A stretch of 64,000 nucleotides of DNA, from NCBI RefSeq assembly GCF_036588685.1, contig NC_086373.1:4340001-4404000 (forward strand), in the 5' to 3' direction. Every line of letters starts with the position of its first letter. The stretch's first letter is position 1. Shown piece after piece: positions 37,469 to 49,850 of this stretch. The stretch is from Mytilus trossulus. Taxonomy: Eukaryota. The notes under the pieces are model-generated. The model was not told the origin of the DNA. It did no database searches and saw only the letters and a list, made by a program, of their open reading frames with translations. The position numbers were made by a program, and so were the translations under genes.

Positions 37469-38326
37469 CATAAATGGCGCCCAGCAGACGGTAAACACAA
37501 TAACTATCATAATGAGAAATATTGCAATAGAAATGTCTTTCTTTGATCTTGCTTTCCTGTTTGTTCTGTTCGATATACTTTCACGTCTGACATCACTCTT
37601 ACTTTCGGAAATAAGCCTTGCAATCACACGCAGGTTCAATATTATCGTTAAACAAATACTCCCTAACCCAAGGAGGGAATAAATGAATCCATATATTTTA
37701 TCCTCAGTTTTGTCGCCAAAGTAATTAAAAAAGCACCATGAAAAAGGGTAGTGTGCTACATTTTCACCCAAACCGATTATGGGCAGAATAGCAAATAATA
37801 AAGAAAAAACCCATACTCCAATTATCAAACTGTTCGCTAAAGTTCGTGTACCAATCGCATAATATGTCAATGGAAGAAGAATAGCTAAAGCCCTATCCAC
37901 AGCCATCGCACTGACCAAAAGCACGGTCGCTAATCCTGCAAATATCATCATTACTGCCATGTAATGACATAGCAATACATTTTCTGACAAGTTAACTTTT
38001 CTGGCAAAAACTGCAAAAACGACTGGTGAAGTTGTTATAATCCCGAACAGGTCGGTCAAAGCTAAAGCTATTACAAATCTAGAAAATATGCCCCATTTAT
38101 GCTTTTTCTTGAAACGGACAAGAACTATAATTGCCAGCATGTTTCCAAGTACTCCAAGTGTGAATGATAACACGGATGTAATCGGAACCGTTGCTTCTTG
38201 GTTTGTGGTAGTGTTCACAGTAGGCCAGGTTATGTTCTCTGCTTTTGTTAGTCCGTCCATAATATTCGAAAAGGAATGAAAGTCAGGAAAAATTGCAGTA
38301 GTCAAGGTAGTATTTGTTATTTCCAT
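37469..38326 (-). CDS. Prostanoid (prostaglandin E2 EP-like) receptor, coding exon 1 (TM1-TM6)
   Basis: GVLGNMLA, LALTDLFG, MAVDRALAI, YPFSWCFF (ECL2 PxxWCF motif), CWAPFM followed by a phase-0 donor GTAAGT; the intron sits at the conserved end-of-TM6 position; 399 aa in total. Confidence 0.92.
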
Positions 38327-39628
38327 AACTCTGAAGTTCGTCCCAAAATACCGAATGTCTTCAATTCCTCATCCCTTTTGGTGACTAGCCTCTATACATG
38401 TGCCTGTCATTAAACTTCCTTTTATAAACTCACGTGACATTATTTTACGTTTAATTTTTTTTAAGTATGCATACTAAGTTATTAATTTCAGTGTCATTTG
38501 GTCTCTTGTTGATTGTTGTCTCATTAATTAATTATTTTTTTATAATGGTATATTTATGACGAATAAATATAATTGGCAATAATACCACATCTTCCTTTTT
38601 TATATATGAATTTATGCAATTATATTTCCCTTCAATTTTGTTTTAGTTCTGTATCTTAACCGTCTGGGGACCACCCATTATATACGCTGTCGTTCACACG
38701 CATGACCACTCTTTTCCATCCCGACAGTATTTTACGAAGTTGCATCAACAGAAAATAACAAATATTTTTTATAATTGATCCTGCGTAAGTTTTCATATTT
38801 CATAAGAATGAACTACGCTTTATCCAGGGGAGAAAAATAATCAGTGAGAAGCCTTGTTTTTGCTGGCGAATCAGTGATATGCCCAGAATCCCAAAGTGGT
38901 TTACATCTTACATTAAATAGATTACAAAAATATTGCATCGAAAATCAGATTTCCTGTGAATACTAATATAATATCAAAGTATTTTTTCATGGAAACAATA
39001 AATGACATGCAATATGAAAATAAGGAGATCAGGTATGATTGCCAATGAGACGAGACAACACTCCATAGAGACCGTCTAACGTAGAAGGTTAGCAAAAAAA
39101 AACATTACTTAAATGACTTCTGCTTTAAAAGAATAATAAAAGGGGATTGGAAAAAGGTTACAGGTGTTGAGTAACCGTCGTAGGTTAATCAATTATACTA
39201 TTCATTTTCAGCCTTCTTGTAATATTGAGATATCTGAAAATTTCATTTTGGACTTTCATGGAATAAACTCTTTTCTAATGTTGATGACTATTACGAAATG
39301 CATGATCAGAATAATAACACCAAACTGAATACATGAATGGAAGCTCAACAAAGTAACGATACACCTAGGTTGGTCCCCTCCGTAAAACATTCAGTATGCC
39401 TTCGGAATATACAAATATTATCAAGAATTTCAATAACGGCCGGGAAACAGACTACGATACACCTTAGTGTGATCAACTGAGTCTGGCAATTCGAAGGAGG
39501 GATCGACTGCGAAAATATGCAATGCAATCTACATCTAAATAGTAAATATAAAACACGGTATGATTGTCGATGAGACAACAAACACTCTATCGAGACCCAA
39601 TAATAAAAACAACGGTACCAATTTTGTT

Positions 39629-39672
39629 GCACCAGATGCGACTTTCGACAATACATGTTTCTTCAGTGATGC
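39629..39672 (-). ncRNA. Minimal type I hammerhead ribozyme (Penelope/retrozyme-type), probably degenerate
   Basis: - strand gcatca CTGAAGA aaca-tgtat-tgtc GAAA gtcgc ATC tggtgc; stem I is intact, with mismatches in stems II and III. Confidence 0.7.
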
Positions 39673-41080
39673 TCATGGCCAAAATATTTGAAATCCAAAG
39701 CATATATAAAAGATGAAGAGCTATAATCCAAAAGGTCCAAAAAGTATAGCCAAATTCGTGTAAGGAATCAGAGCTTTGCATGAGGGAGATACATTCCTTA
39801 ATTTAGAATAACGTAGAATGTCAGCAAAAAGATGATTATAGTTTTAAAAGAATAATGAATGGGATTGGAATAAAGTTAGAGGTGTCGATCAACCGTCGTA
39901 TTTTAATCAATCTCCACCAGCAGTGGTATCAACCCAGTGGTTGTAAATAAACTCATCAGAGACACCAGTATTCAAACGGGAAAAACAACGGTATAATATA
40001 CATAAAAAGTAGAAACGAGAAACACTTATGAACTCTATCAAAAGACGACAACCACTGAACATCAGGTTTCTGACTTAGGATAAGTGCAAACAAATGCAGC
40101 GGGTTTAAACGTTTTAATAGGTACCAACCTTAACCTTTACCTGAAACAATAGTTTACTGAACATAACAACATAGAAAGGCACACCGTATAACCCCAATAA
40201 CTTTTTACTTTTTTTTTTAATAGCTTTATCAAATAACTATTGCGAATTTATCAAAAGGTCGTCGGATGTCTGTTCGGTAAAAACCACGTGAAAAGAAAAG
40301 TAAACATTTGATTTATTGTTTTAAGTAGGACTTTTTTGGAATTTATTTTACCTTTTTCTGTTAAATTCAAAGTCAGTAAAGTAAGTTACATACACTCATT
40401 TAAACATATTTTATTTGGTATTACATATATAACAAAAAAGACCAGACACAACTTATCACAACTTGGATAGTCTGGCCTCCTACATGTAATAAGTAACTAC
40501 AATGGAGTATAATATATATTCATATAAAGATATGCAACAGCAACATTCGATAATTATAGATTTATACAATAGTTTTATAAAAATAAAAAGGACGAAAGTT
40601 CACAATTTCACAAAAAGGATAGTCAGCGGCGTTTTACGTTTCCGCAAATTGGCATAACTTTTCCGGGGGGGAAAAGATGACATTTCTGAAAAAAAGGGCT
40701 TACGTTTCCGAGAAAATACTAAAGATTCCTGAAACAAAAATTTGTTGCTTTTTCGAGAAAATAATTAAGGAGTACTTTGAACTTTGTTCTATATGAAACA
40801 TGCAACGACATGACATTTTTGTAACAGTAGTATGTATGGCATCTTCAAAGTCAATATGATCTATCTCGGGCAAGAGCGTGAGTCTTCGGGTAATGCAAAC
40901 CGAATCAAATACAAAGTAGATCCTACATTTTGATCAAAAGTGGAAGTATCACAAACGCAAGAGAAATGTATTTACCATGTTACACCCATGTATCGAATAA
41001 TTAATTGTGCCATTTATGAAAATATCAGTTTAATATATATCATTACATAAATGGTCATTGACATTTCAAGTTGGGGAAAC

Positions 41081-41116
41081 CAGAGACATATAATACAATT
41101 GTATTATATGTCTCTG
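41081..41116. repeat. 36-bp perfect palindrome with 7-bp TSD (P-element-like footprint)
   Basis: gggaaac|cagagacatataatacaattgtattatatgtctctg|gggaaac. Confidence 0.8.
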
Positions 41117-42228
41117 GGGAAACATATAAAATATAACGAAGAATTGGAACTTTGAAAAATTATCGGAAATGCAATACGCCCATAGTCAGAGATACAATCT
41201 GTCTAACAATTAGTGTCTTCGTATTGACACAGGTTATATCATATTTTCAGGTAACGACAGTTTTTTTTTTATTTTGCCTCAAATGTTTATTTTTAATTTT
41301 TTAACTGTAAGCTTTTTCGAACTGAAATTGGTTTCAAACGTTTAAATTATTTATAACTCTGAACATTAAATTCTGTCTGTAAAATTATCAGGAATTTATT
41401 CATTTTTTTTATTTCTAAGTAGTGACTAAAAGTTAAATCAATAAATATTTGCTACTTAAAACTTGGCAGAGGATTCAAGAAAATGTTTAACGAAAAAAAA
41501 TTCACAAAAATGTCTAGAAATTCGTGCGACGTCAAATTTGAGCAATGTTTGATTGTCTGAGAAAAGACAGGTATTGATGTTTCTATTCAAAAAGGAGTAT
41601 TGTGATGCAATAAAATGGATATAAGACATGACTTGCTGAAAAAATAAATAAACCAAATTTGTGATGCGTTTTAAAAATCCGTCAGTATATTTGCATGTTT
41701 AAAAGTGTGTTTAATTTCTAAACACATATCTAAGTAAACATATTAAATGTACCCATATTTGGATTTTAACACTTTTAAATGTGTTTTAGCATTAAAGTGA
41801 ATACGTAATTAAATCCTAAGATGAACACAATTATTATTAGGTATTGTCAACCTAAACATGTTTATTTAGATTTGAGACATGTTTAGACCAAAACGTGTAA
41901 AAAAGTGCACAACATATGTGTTTAGAATTGTGTATAGTCTGTATACGATCTAACAAAAAACATTTTGACAGTGTTTTTTTGTTATTTTTTGTTATTTTTA
42001 GATTATACTTACAGCTGTTATTGAAATAAGTATATAAATCGTTACAGGTTTGATTGTAAAATTTGTTATTTTGTGTAATGAGTCGACAACATTGTCAAAT
42101 CTCGTAATTATTCCCTGAATTAATATTAAAGTTAGCTCTGATTTCAAGCCACACAATTATGAAACAATTATTGTTACACAATCATGAATACTATTTTGTT
42201 CACTTCACTGTGTAAATTACAATATTTA

Positions 42229-42362
42229 TCAATATTTCGGTTCTACTTGTGAATCATTCCCGCCACTGGAAAATATTGCCTGTTCATATGATGGTGGTTG
42301 CACTGGAGTTGGAAATACAGTAAACGGAACAGCCAACTGGTCACAGATTCCACTAGAGTTTT
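42229..42362 (-). CDS. Shisa-like/CYYR1-type membrane protein, exon 4 (PPxY tail)
   Basis: ENSSGICDQLAVPFTVFPTPVQPPSYEQAIFSSGGNDSQVEPKY*; the acceptor after a T-run (ttgaag) was chosen to keep phase 1. Confidence 0.7.
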
Positions 42363-42760
42363 CTTCAATTATAAAAAAAAAAGTAGTTTTAGTTTTAACC
42401 GTTATATTTGTAATGTTATACTAATCATTTTAGATAAATGTGAAGTTTGAAAAACTCTTCAAAATATAATCAAAAATACTTTCGTTGCAAATATCTGCAT
42501 TACATGATATTGTGTGTCAGTTATTTTATTTGTCGATCTAATTTCAGTGGACTGAATGTTTAGCTTTGGTCTCAACTCTTAACCAATTAACCAAATGAAG
42601 GAGTACTTGAAATTACTTTGATTGTAATTCCGAAAAAAATAATTTAAAAAAGACAAAACAGAAAACTGGTAAACGTTAATATCTTTAATTTTTAAAGAGA
42701 TTCACAATAAAGGCGAATCTTGAAAACTACTGTAAATTATTTTAAGCATTGTTTATCTAC

Positions 42761-42915
42761 CTGTGCTTATAATAGGAATCCTATCATGTCTGACCACCCT
42801 TCCAGCTGTTCTGTGACTGCGTGTACACCGACAACATACACCAACCACGATAGCTATAAACACGGTTGAGCCAATTATTACTGTTATCACTATTGCAGCC
42901 AGGGACGAATCTGAC
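42761..42915 (-). CDS. Shisa-like/CYYR1-type membrane protein, exon 3 (TM helix)
   Basis: SDSSLAAIVITVIIGSTVFIAIVVGVCCRCTRSHRTAGRVV; hydrophobic helix followed by a Cys/basic cluster; AG/GT boundaries in phase. Confidence 0.82.
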
Positions 42916-43180
42916 CTAAAAAGCATACAATTATGATAAAAATAATTTTATTTGCAAAATATACCCATATGGGTCATGCAAACACAAATACAAATATATA
43001 TCTAATACAGATAGCGAAGAACTACAAATATAAACATAGTCATAAATAGTAATGTAACTTTTAATGGACATGGACCTCATTTTCGCAATTCTAAATACTA
43101 GTATTGTTTTATCAAGTCACTAACTTCTCTGAAATGCTCAGATTCAGGATTTAAAAGTTGTTTTAGCTTCAAATTAGTTG

Positions 43181-43729
43181 AAAAGAGGGACGAAATATAC
43201 CAAAGGGACAGTCAAACTCATAAATCTAAAACAAAACGACAACGCCATGGCTAAAAATGAAAAAGACAAACAGAAAAAACAATAGTACACATGACACAAC
43301 ATAGAAAACTAAAGAATAAACAACACGAACCCCAACAAAAACTAGGGGTGATCTTAGGTGCTCCGGAAGGGTAAGCAGATCCTGCTCCACATGCGGCACC
43401 CGTCGTGTTGCTTATGTGATTACAAATCCGGTAAATAGTCTAATTCGGTATGTCAAATTCATGAATGGGAAGGGGATTGTAGTTACGACGTAAGGAACAT
43501 ATCCGATATCATTTGTGAAACGGTTATTCCATAACGGTCAACCAATTCGTGATGGCGTCCGTAAAATTTACGAAGGGATGATTTCAACTTCACCATTTGG
43601 AACTCTTGGTTACATAGCTTCCTTGTGATCAGTAACCCTCTATCAAGAAAATCATGATAGGAAATGCAAGCACGGGAATATCGTATCAATTGGGAGACAT
43701 ATATCCCGTATGCAGGTGCTGCTGGAATG
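43181..43729 (-). mobile_element. 3' fragment of a Penelope-like retroelement (RT thumb plus 3' UTR)
   Basis: IRYSRACISYHDFLDRGLL.TRKL.NQ.F...KLKSSLRKFYGRHHELVDRY; the 3' UTR is shared with 52901-53222. Confidence 0.7.
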
Positions 43730-45023
43730 AACAGGGTTTATATTACTAATCTTTTAAAATCAGCAATTTCTTAAAATTGAGGTCAGTTTGCAAATCCTTG
43801 GCAATACTAGTATAGAAAAAATGGTATTTATCATCAAGTTTATTACAAAGTTTATGAACGATTTCAAATTGGATATTACTATTTAACATGTAGCTTTCTT
43901 ATGCACGTCAACTGATCTCAACTGTTCCCCTACCAATGCTGGTCCATTGGTTATTTATGTGCATCTTTAGAACATACTGGATCTATTAAGGAATCGTTTG
44001 TTATTGTCTTCGAATATTATAATCTATTCAAGTGAAGACTATTTTGTTTTAAACAAATCCCATTATACTCTGCATTATATTTTACATTCAATAACATTTA
44101 TAAGTATAATGTATACAAGTTGAAGGCCCGCCTATATATTACAGTGCTTGAGCAAACATTTAGTCAAGACAACACAACCTTAAGTTTTACACTACAAGAA
44201 ATATGTAAATAGCTGTAATTGTATCAATTTATTATATTGTATCATTTGTATTATATGATCTTATATTTTTTCAATGTATAAGATTGTATCTAATTCTTGT
44301 GCTTTACATTGTATCGTGTAGATTTTAATGTATTAACGCATTATGTAGCATCATATGCCGGCCAATACTGTGTCATATGCCTTACTATGCATCCGATACA
44401 ATCTAATTTTAATATTGCCATAATTTTATTAGATTGCATCCGATAAGTATTCTATTGTAAAATTGAGAAAGGAAATGGGGAATGTGTCAAACCGACCATA
44501 GAAAAAAACAACAGCAGAAGGTCACCGCGAGGTTTTCAATGTAGCGAGAAATTCCCGCACATTCTATTGTAACATTATGTATATCATTGTACAATCAAGC
44601 TGAATCATACTAAGGTTTTATATTGCATCATGTGCATTATAGTATAACATGTGTATTAAAATGTATGATATTGTATCAGACGTGTAATTAATCATATCAT
44701 AAGTTAAAGAATGATACCAAAGATGTAATTCCAGAGGAAGTATAAACGTGCGATCACAACCGATGCTAAAAGAATTGCAATACTTTTTTCATTCAGTTTG
44801 AAGAAAACGAATTTGATGTGGGATCCGGATTGAATTTTAAATCATGAAATTCTGCAGCACGATATGTCTTGCATCAAAAATGAAATATCCAACCATCACT
44901 GCATAAGGGACCTTGACAACGATTTTATGAAAAATAAAAGATGTGAGACGCATTCCTTGATCCCTCCACATCATAAAAACTAAAAACGTATACCGTACAC
45001 CCGTGCCAACAGCGCACACTTAC

Positions 45024-45129
45024 CAATAACCATCACAGCACGAATCGTCACAACATCCAGAAGAACAATCAAACGTTGTTATTTCATCTAATATGTCATC
45101 ATAATATGTACATACTTCAGCACCTACAT
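45024..45129 (-). CDS. Shisa-like/CYYR1-type membrane protein, exon 2 (6-Cys ectodomain)
   Basis: DVGAEVCTYYDDILDEITTFDCSSGCCDDSCCDGYW: C-C-CC-CC pattern; donor GTAAGT. Confidence 0.82.
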
Positions 45130-45992
45130 CTAAAGAGTGAAAAGATTGTGTAGTATTTTTGTTAATCATGTTCCAAAGAGGGAAAATGTGGTAAGTTGGT
45201 ATAAATCCTACAGTTTGTACATTTGTTATCATAAGAACACAAATTTTCTATACTATTTTTAGTCTTCTATTTATTTTCGTTGATACCAATTTTAGTGGAT
45301 TGAGGAAAACAAGCATTTTTGAGGATATTTGATTTCGTTGTATGGCCAAAATCTGCATACACCCTTATACAACTTTAAAATTCATGGTGGACCTGTAACC
45401 AAGAAATAAAAGAAAATGGGCAGATTCATAGCAAGTAAGCTTACAGAGATACCGGCCGAAAACGCCTTATCCGGCAAAAAATGTCTTTTCTCATCTATTT
45501 TTAATTCAGAACATTACCCTGGCCTTGGACTTTTTGACCTGACATGTAAATCGTCTGGTCACTCGTTATAAGTGACTATATATGTCAGTTTGATTTCGAT
45601 TTCTAAAAACCATCGAACAATTCTCCAGAAATCCCTTTCTTTGCTGTTTTAGTCTTTTTGTATTTATTACCTTGACCTTCTGCGAGTAGACCTCACATTG
45701 AAATAGATTGTTCTCGCATTATAGGGGACCACATTAGCCTCAGTAACGTTACCCGGTTATTATTATTAACAATCTTAATATCTTGAAATAAACATTAAGT
45801 GTCGGACGGATCATTGAATAACGCGGGGTGTAAACATATAAATCCTTCCGTAGGAACTACGAAAGGTATAGATTAAATATTCATAAACGTTACAAATACA
45901 ACTTATAAAAAAATCTGTCTCTAAGTTGAGGATATTTGGTATTAATGAAGGGAAAATTGAAGGATAGAGGAAGCGCTATAATTAAGTTTTAC

Positions 45993-46053
45993 CTGATAGT
46001 AAATTTAAAACTAATAATACTACATAAATAAAATATCTCTTCAAATAAGCCAT
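45993..46053 (-). CDS. Shisa-like/CYYR1-type membrane protein, exon 1 (signal peptide)
   Basis: MAYLKRYFIYVVLLVLNLLS; good start context (aagATGG); phase-1 donor CAG|GTAAAA. Confidence 0.78.
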
Positions 46054-46465
46054 CTTTGTTATGATACTTATCTAGAATTACAACAAATGTATAGGAGATA
46101 AAGTATCAACTAATTTAAAATGAGATAATATTGATAATAATAAATTTTACTGTGATGGGGATCGATAGGCTATTTTTCCTTTGTTAAAATGAAAACAAAA
46201 CTATCGACATCCTGCACTATCTATAACATTTGAAACACTAAATATGTAATTACTGCAGATAAAGTAAATTTAAATTTGTTTTATGCTCTCTCTCTATATA
46301 TATGGCTAGGAAGTCTAATGTTAGCTTAATGAAACCTATCCAATTTTTGATTCATTTGATTAATAACAACTGCATGTGTCGATAGCACTTTTGACTCATT
46401 GTTTGACCACAAGTGTGTCATCCTCTAGTAATCAGTGCGTCATTGATGATACCACTATTGACTTA

Positions 46466-46890
46466 CTGTGAAAGTACATTAATTCGTGGGTATCAATTTT
46501 CGTGGTTTGAGCAATATTTACATGTTCATGGGTTTTTAAATTCGTGGATTTTAAATTTCTAAAAACATATCTAAAAATTCAAGCCCTTAGAAACGAAGGT
46601 TACACATAGTCTGGATTGAAGGAAATTGCTAAGTAAGCATTGACTCCTGGAAATCGTAGTGATAACACTTGTTAACTCATCATAAAGTAATCAACAGATT
46701 AAAGACCATCAAAGGTGTTAATTAGGCCATAAACATGTCACCTAAAGAGTAAAACCTACCGATGTGGATCTTTCCATGTCTTGATTTGGACAATTGTTTT
46801 TTTTATTTCGTTGGACACTTAAATTCGTGGATCCAGTCATCCAAGAAAACCACGAAAATTGGTACCCCACGAATAAAAGTACTTTCACAG
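46466..46890. mobile_element. TA-flanked MITE (Tc1/mariner-type target)
   Basis: TIR ctgtgaaagtac...ttcgtggg / cccacgaa...gtactttcacag with TA on both sides; it splits one minisatellite unit. Confidence 0.8.
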
Positions 46891-47560
46891 TATTGTTTAA
46901 CCACAAGGGTTTCATCCTCTAGTTACCAGTGCGTCAGTGATGATACCACTATTGACTTGTTGTTTGACCACAAGGGTTTCATCAAACAGCAATCAGTGTG
47001 TCAGTGATGATATCACTATTGACTGTCTGTTTGACCACAAGGACTTCATACTTCAGTAATCAGTGCGTCAGCAATGATACCACTGTTAATTGAATGTTTT
47101 GCCACAAGGGTTTCATCCTTCATTTATCAGTGCGTCAGAAATTATACCACTGTTGACTGAATGTTTTACCACAAGGATTTCCTCCTTCCGTAATCAGTGC
47201 GTCAGAAATTACACCACTGTTGACTGACTGTTTAACCACAAGGATTTCATACTCCATTAATTAGTGCGTCAGTAATGATACCACTGTTCACTGACTGTTT
47301 TACCACAAGGGTTTCATCCTTCAGTAATCAGTGCGTCGGTGATCATACCACTGTTCACTGACTGTTATACCACAAGGGTTGCATACTTCATTAATCAATG
47401 CGTCAGTAATGATACCACTGTTGACTGGCGGTTTTACCACAAGGGTTTCGTCAAACAGCAATCAGTGTGTCTGTAATGATATCACTATTGACTGACGGTT
47501 TTACCACAAGGGTTTTATACTTCATTAATCAGTGCGTCAGTAATCATACGACTGTTGACT

Positions 47561-48482
47561 AAAATTAAAATTGAGAATGGAAATGGGGAATGTGTCAAAA
47601 AGACAACAACCCGACCAAATAAAAAAACAACAGCAGAAGGTCACCAACAGGTCTTCAATGTAGCGAGAAATTCCCGCACCCTGAGGCGTCCTTCAGCTGG
47701 CCCCTAAAAAATATATATACTAGTTCAGTGATAATGAACTCCATACTAATTCCCAAATTGTACACAAGAAACTAAAATTAAAATTATACAAGACTAACAA
47801 AGGCCAGAGGCTCCTGACTTGGGACAGGCGCAAAAATGCGGCGGGGTTAAACGTTGTTTGTGAGATCTCAACCCTCCCCCTATACCTCTAACCAATGTAG
47901 AAAAGTAAACGCATAACAATACGCACATTAAAATTCAGTTCAAGAGAAGTCCGAGTTTGATGTCAGAAGATATAACCAAAGAAAATAAACAAAATGACAA
48001 TAATACATAAATAACAACAGACTACTAGCAGTTAACTGACATGCCAGCTCCAGACTTCAATTAAACTGACTGAAAGATTATGATTTCATCATATGAACAT
48101 CAGGCACAATCCTTCCCGTTAGGGGTTTAGTATCATACCATCATAACATATATGAGAAGAACATACCCCGTGTCATGCCAACAACTGTTTTTAGAATAAA
48201 TGTGTTTAGTTCAGACGCAAAGACCTTATCAGTGACTCAATATTAACGCCAAAATATGCAATCTTAAATGACTTGACAACAGTATCGTAATTATATCCCT
48301 TCTTAATAAGTCTATTCAAAGGTTTTGTAAGTTTCTGAGGTGAATACTGACACCTTTGTGCTTTATAAAGAATATTTCCATAAAAAATTGGATGTGAAAT
48401 ACCTGAACGTATAAGAAGTCTGAATGTTGAGCTATATTTACGAATGATGCCCTTATACCGATGATAAAATTTAGTAAATGTT
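47561..48482 (-). mobile_element. 3' fragment of a second Penelope-like family (RT C-terminus plus 3' UTR)
   Basis: TFTKFYHRY...GISHPIFYGNILYKA...LIKKGYNYD. The terminus aaaattgagaatggaaatggggaatgtgtcaaa recurs at about 1270, 4985, 15392 and 44460. Confidence 0.65.
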
Positions 48483-48550
48483 TTGACTGACTGTTTTACC
48501 ACAAGGGTCTCATACTTCAGTAAATGATGAACATCATGATTGGTTACATG

Positions 48551-48900
48551 TTTATGCCCCATCTACGAGAGAATAGGTGCATCATGTTTTCTAGTATGTG
48601 CTGTCCGTTCGTCTATGCATCAGTCCGTTCGTTCGTCCGTCCTTTCGTTCGTTCGTTCGTCCTTTCGTTCGTTCGTTCGTTCGTCCTTTCGTTTGCTCGT
48701 TCGTTTGTCCCGCTCCAGCCTAAAGTTTTTGGTCTTGGAAGTTTTTAATGAAGTTGGAGTCCAATCATCTTGAAACTAAGTAAACATGTTCCCTATGCTA
48801 TGATCTTTCTAATTCATTTGCCAAAATAGAGTTTGGACCCTAATTTCACGGTCCACTGGACATATAAATGATAGTGCGAGTAGGGCATTCGTGTCTTGTT
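48551..48900 (+). mobile_element. Short HINE-like element with (TTCG)n microsatellite
   Basis: tttatgcccc start with the inverted gggcat near the end, (GTTC/GTCC)n tract at 48603-48710, cttgtt end. Confidence 0.65.
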
Positions 48901-49656
48901 AGTATACAAACATTCAAAGTATTGCAAACACGTTTTAGTTTATCTCAACTTTTTTAGTCTTTAGCTCTATTTATATTTTAGTTTACTAGCTCTCACTCTT
49001 CTAGCCGTTTATCTCGATCAGGAACATATATATTGATATACTGTTCCCAGACTCTATGTATTTTACATCAGTTTTACGTTTTCAAAGTTCTGAGTTATGG
49101 ATAATCCAGAAAGCTGTTCTAAACGAATCAAAGTCGGAGGGTAACTTTCTTTTTTTGATTTTATTTAACGACCATTTTTTAATAATTTAATTCTGGATAT
49201 AACACGGTCTTCTGATTGGTTGAAGTCGTTTTGTTTATCAGCTCATAAACATAATTTTGTCATGTGACCGTGACGTCATCAACGTTTTTTTTTCATGATT
49301 TACTCCGGTATAAAATGGAATTAAGAATCAAATTTTAAGAAATGACTGTAATATTTGTTCTGTCTAGTCGAAATAACATGAAAAATGTGGTGCACACTTT
49401 TTAATAACCCGCTACGCTATTGCTATTTTAAAATTATTTGGGGATTTTTTTGGTTGCATTGATTCAATATACGAATAAGGAAATAATTAAATCTAATCTT
49501 AAGTCGGAAGTAAAATTTGGATAAAATTTGGATAACATATAGAAATCGATTTGACAACGTTTTACTTTGATATTCTTTTAAATTGTTCTATTACACAACA
49601 AGCGATTTCAAGTCTTTAGATAAAATAAGAAAAAAGAAGAAGATACTAGAGTGCAC

Positions 49657-49850
49657 AGATACGGCTACCTATTACCCAACCAGTATAGTCATTTGAGTCT
49701 ATAAAACTACAAGATACGGCTACCTATTACCCAACCAGTAAAGTCATTTGGGTCGTTAAAACTACAAGATACGGCTACCTATTACCCAACCAGTACATAA
49801 GAGATACGGCTACCTATTACCCAATCAGTATAGCAATTTGGGTCTATAAA
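49657..49850 (+). repeat. Short tandem array (4 copies of agatacggctacctattacccaaccagta)
   Basis: Copies start at about 49657, 49712, 49767 and 49802. Confidence 0.8.

Larger units (their letters stand above)
46390..48523 (+). repeat. ~67-bp minisatellite array interrupted by a MITE and a Penelope-like fragment
   Basis: Unit ccacaagggtttcatccttcagtaatcagtgcgtcagtaatgataccactgttgactgactgtttta (copies at 47102 and 47169, for example); the array resumes at about 48483. Confidence 0.85.

Noticed and set aside
37281-37682. 133-aa + strand ORF, and other antisense ORFs over pol, ORF3 and the GPCR
   Set aside because: Shadow frames of real coding sequence on the opposite strand, with no recognisable motifs.
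41690-41973. CACTG-terminated DNA transposon (end ...ttttgacagtg with taaacacat subrepeats)
   Set aside because: Only one plausible end; no matching TIR or TSD was found, so it is not called as an element.
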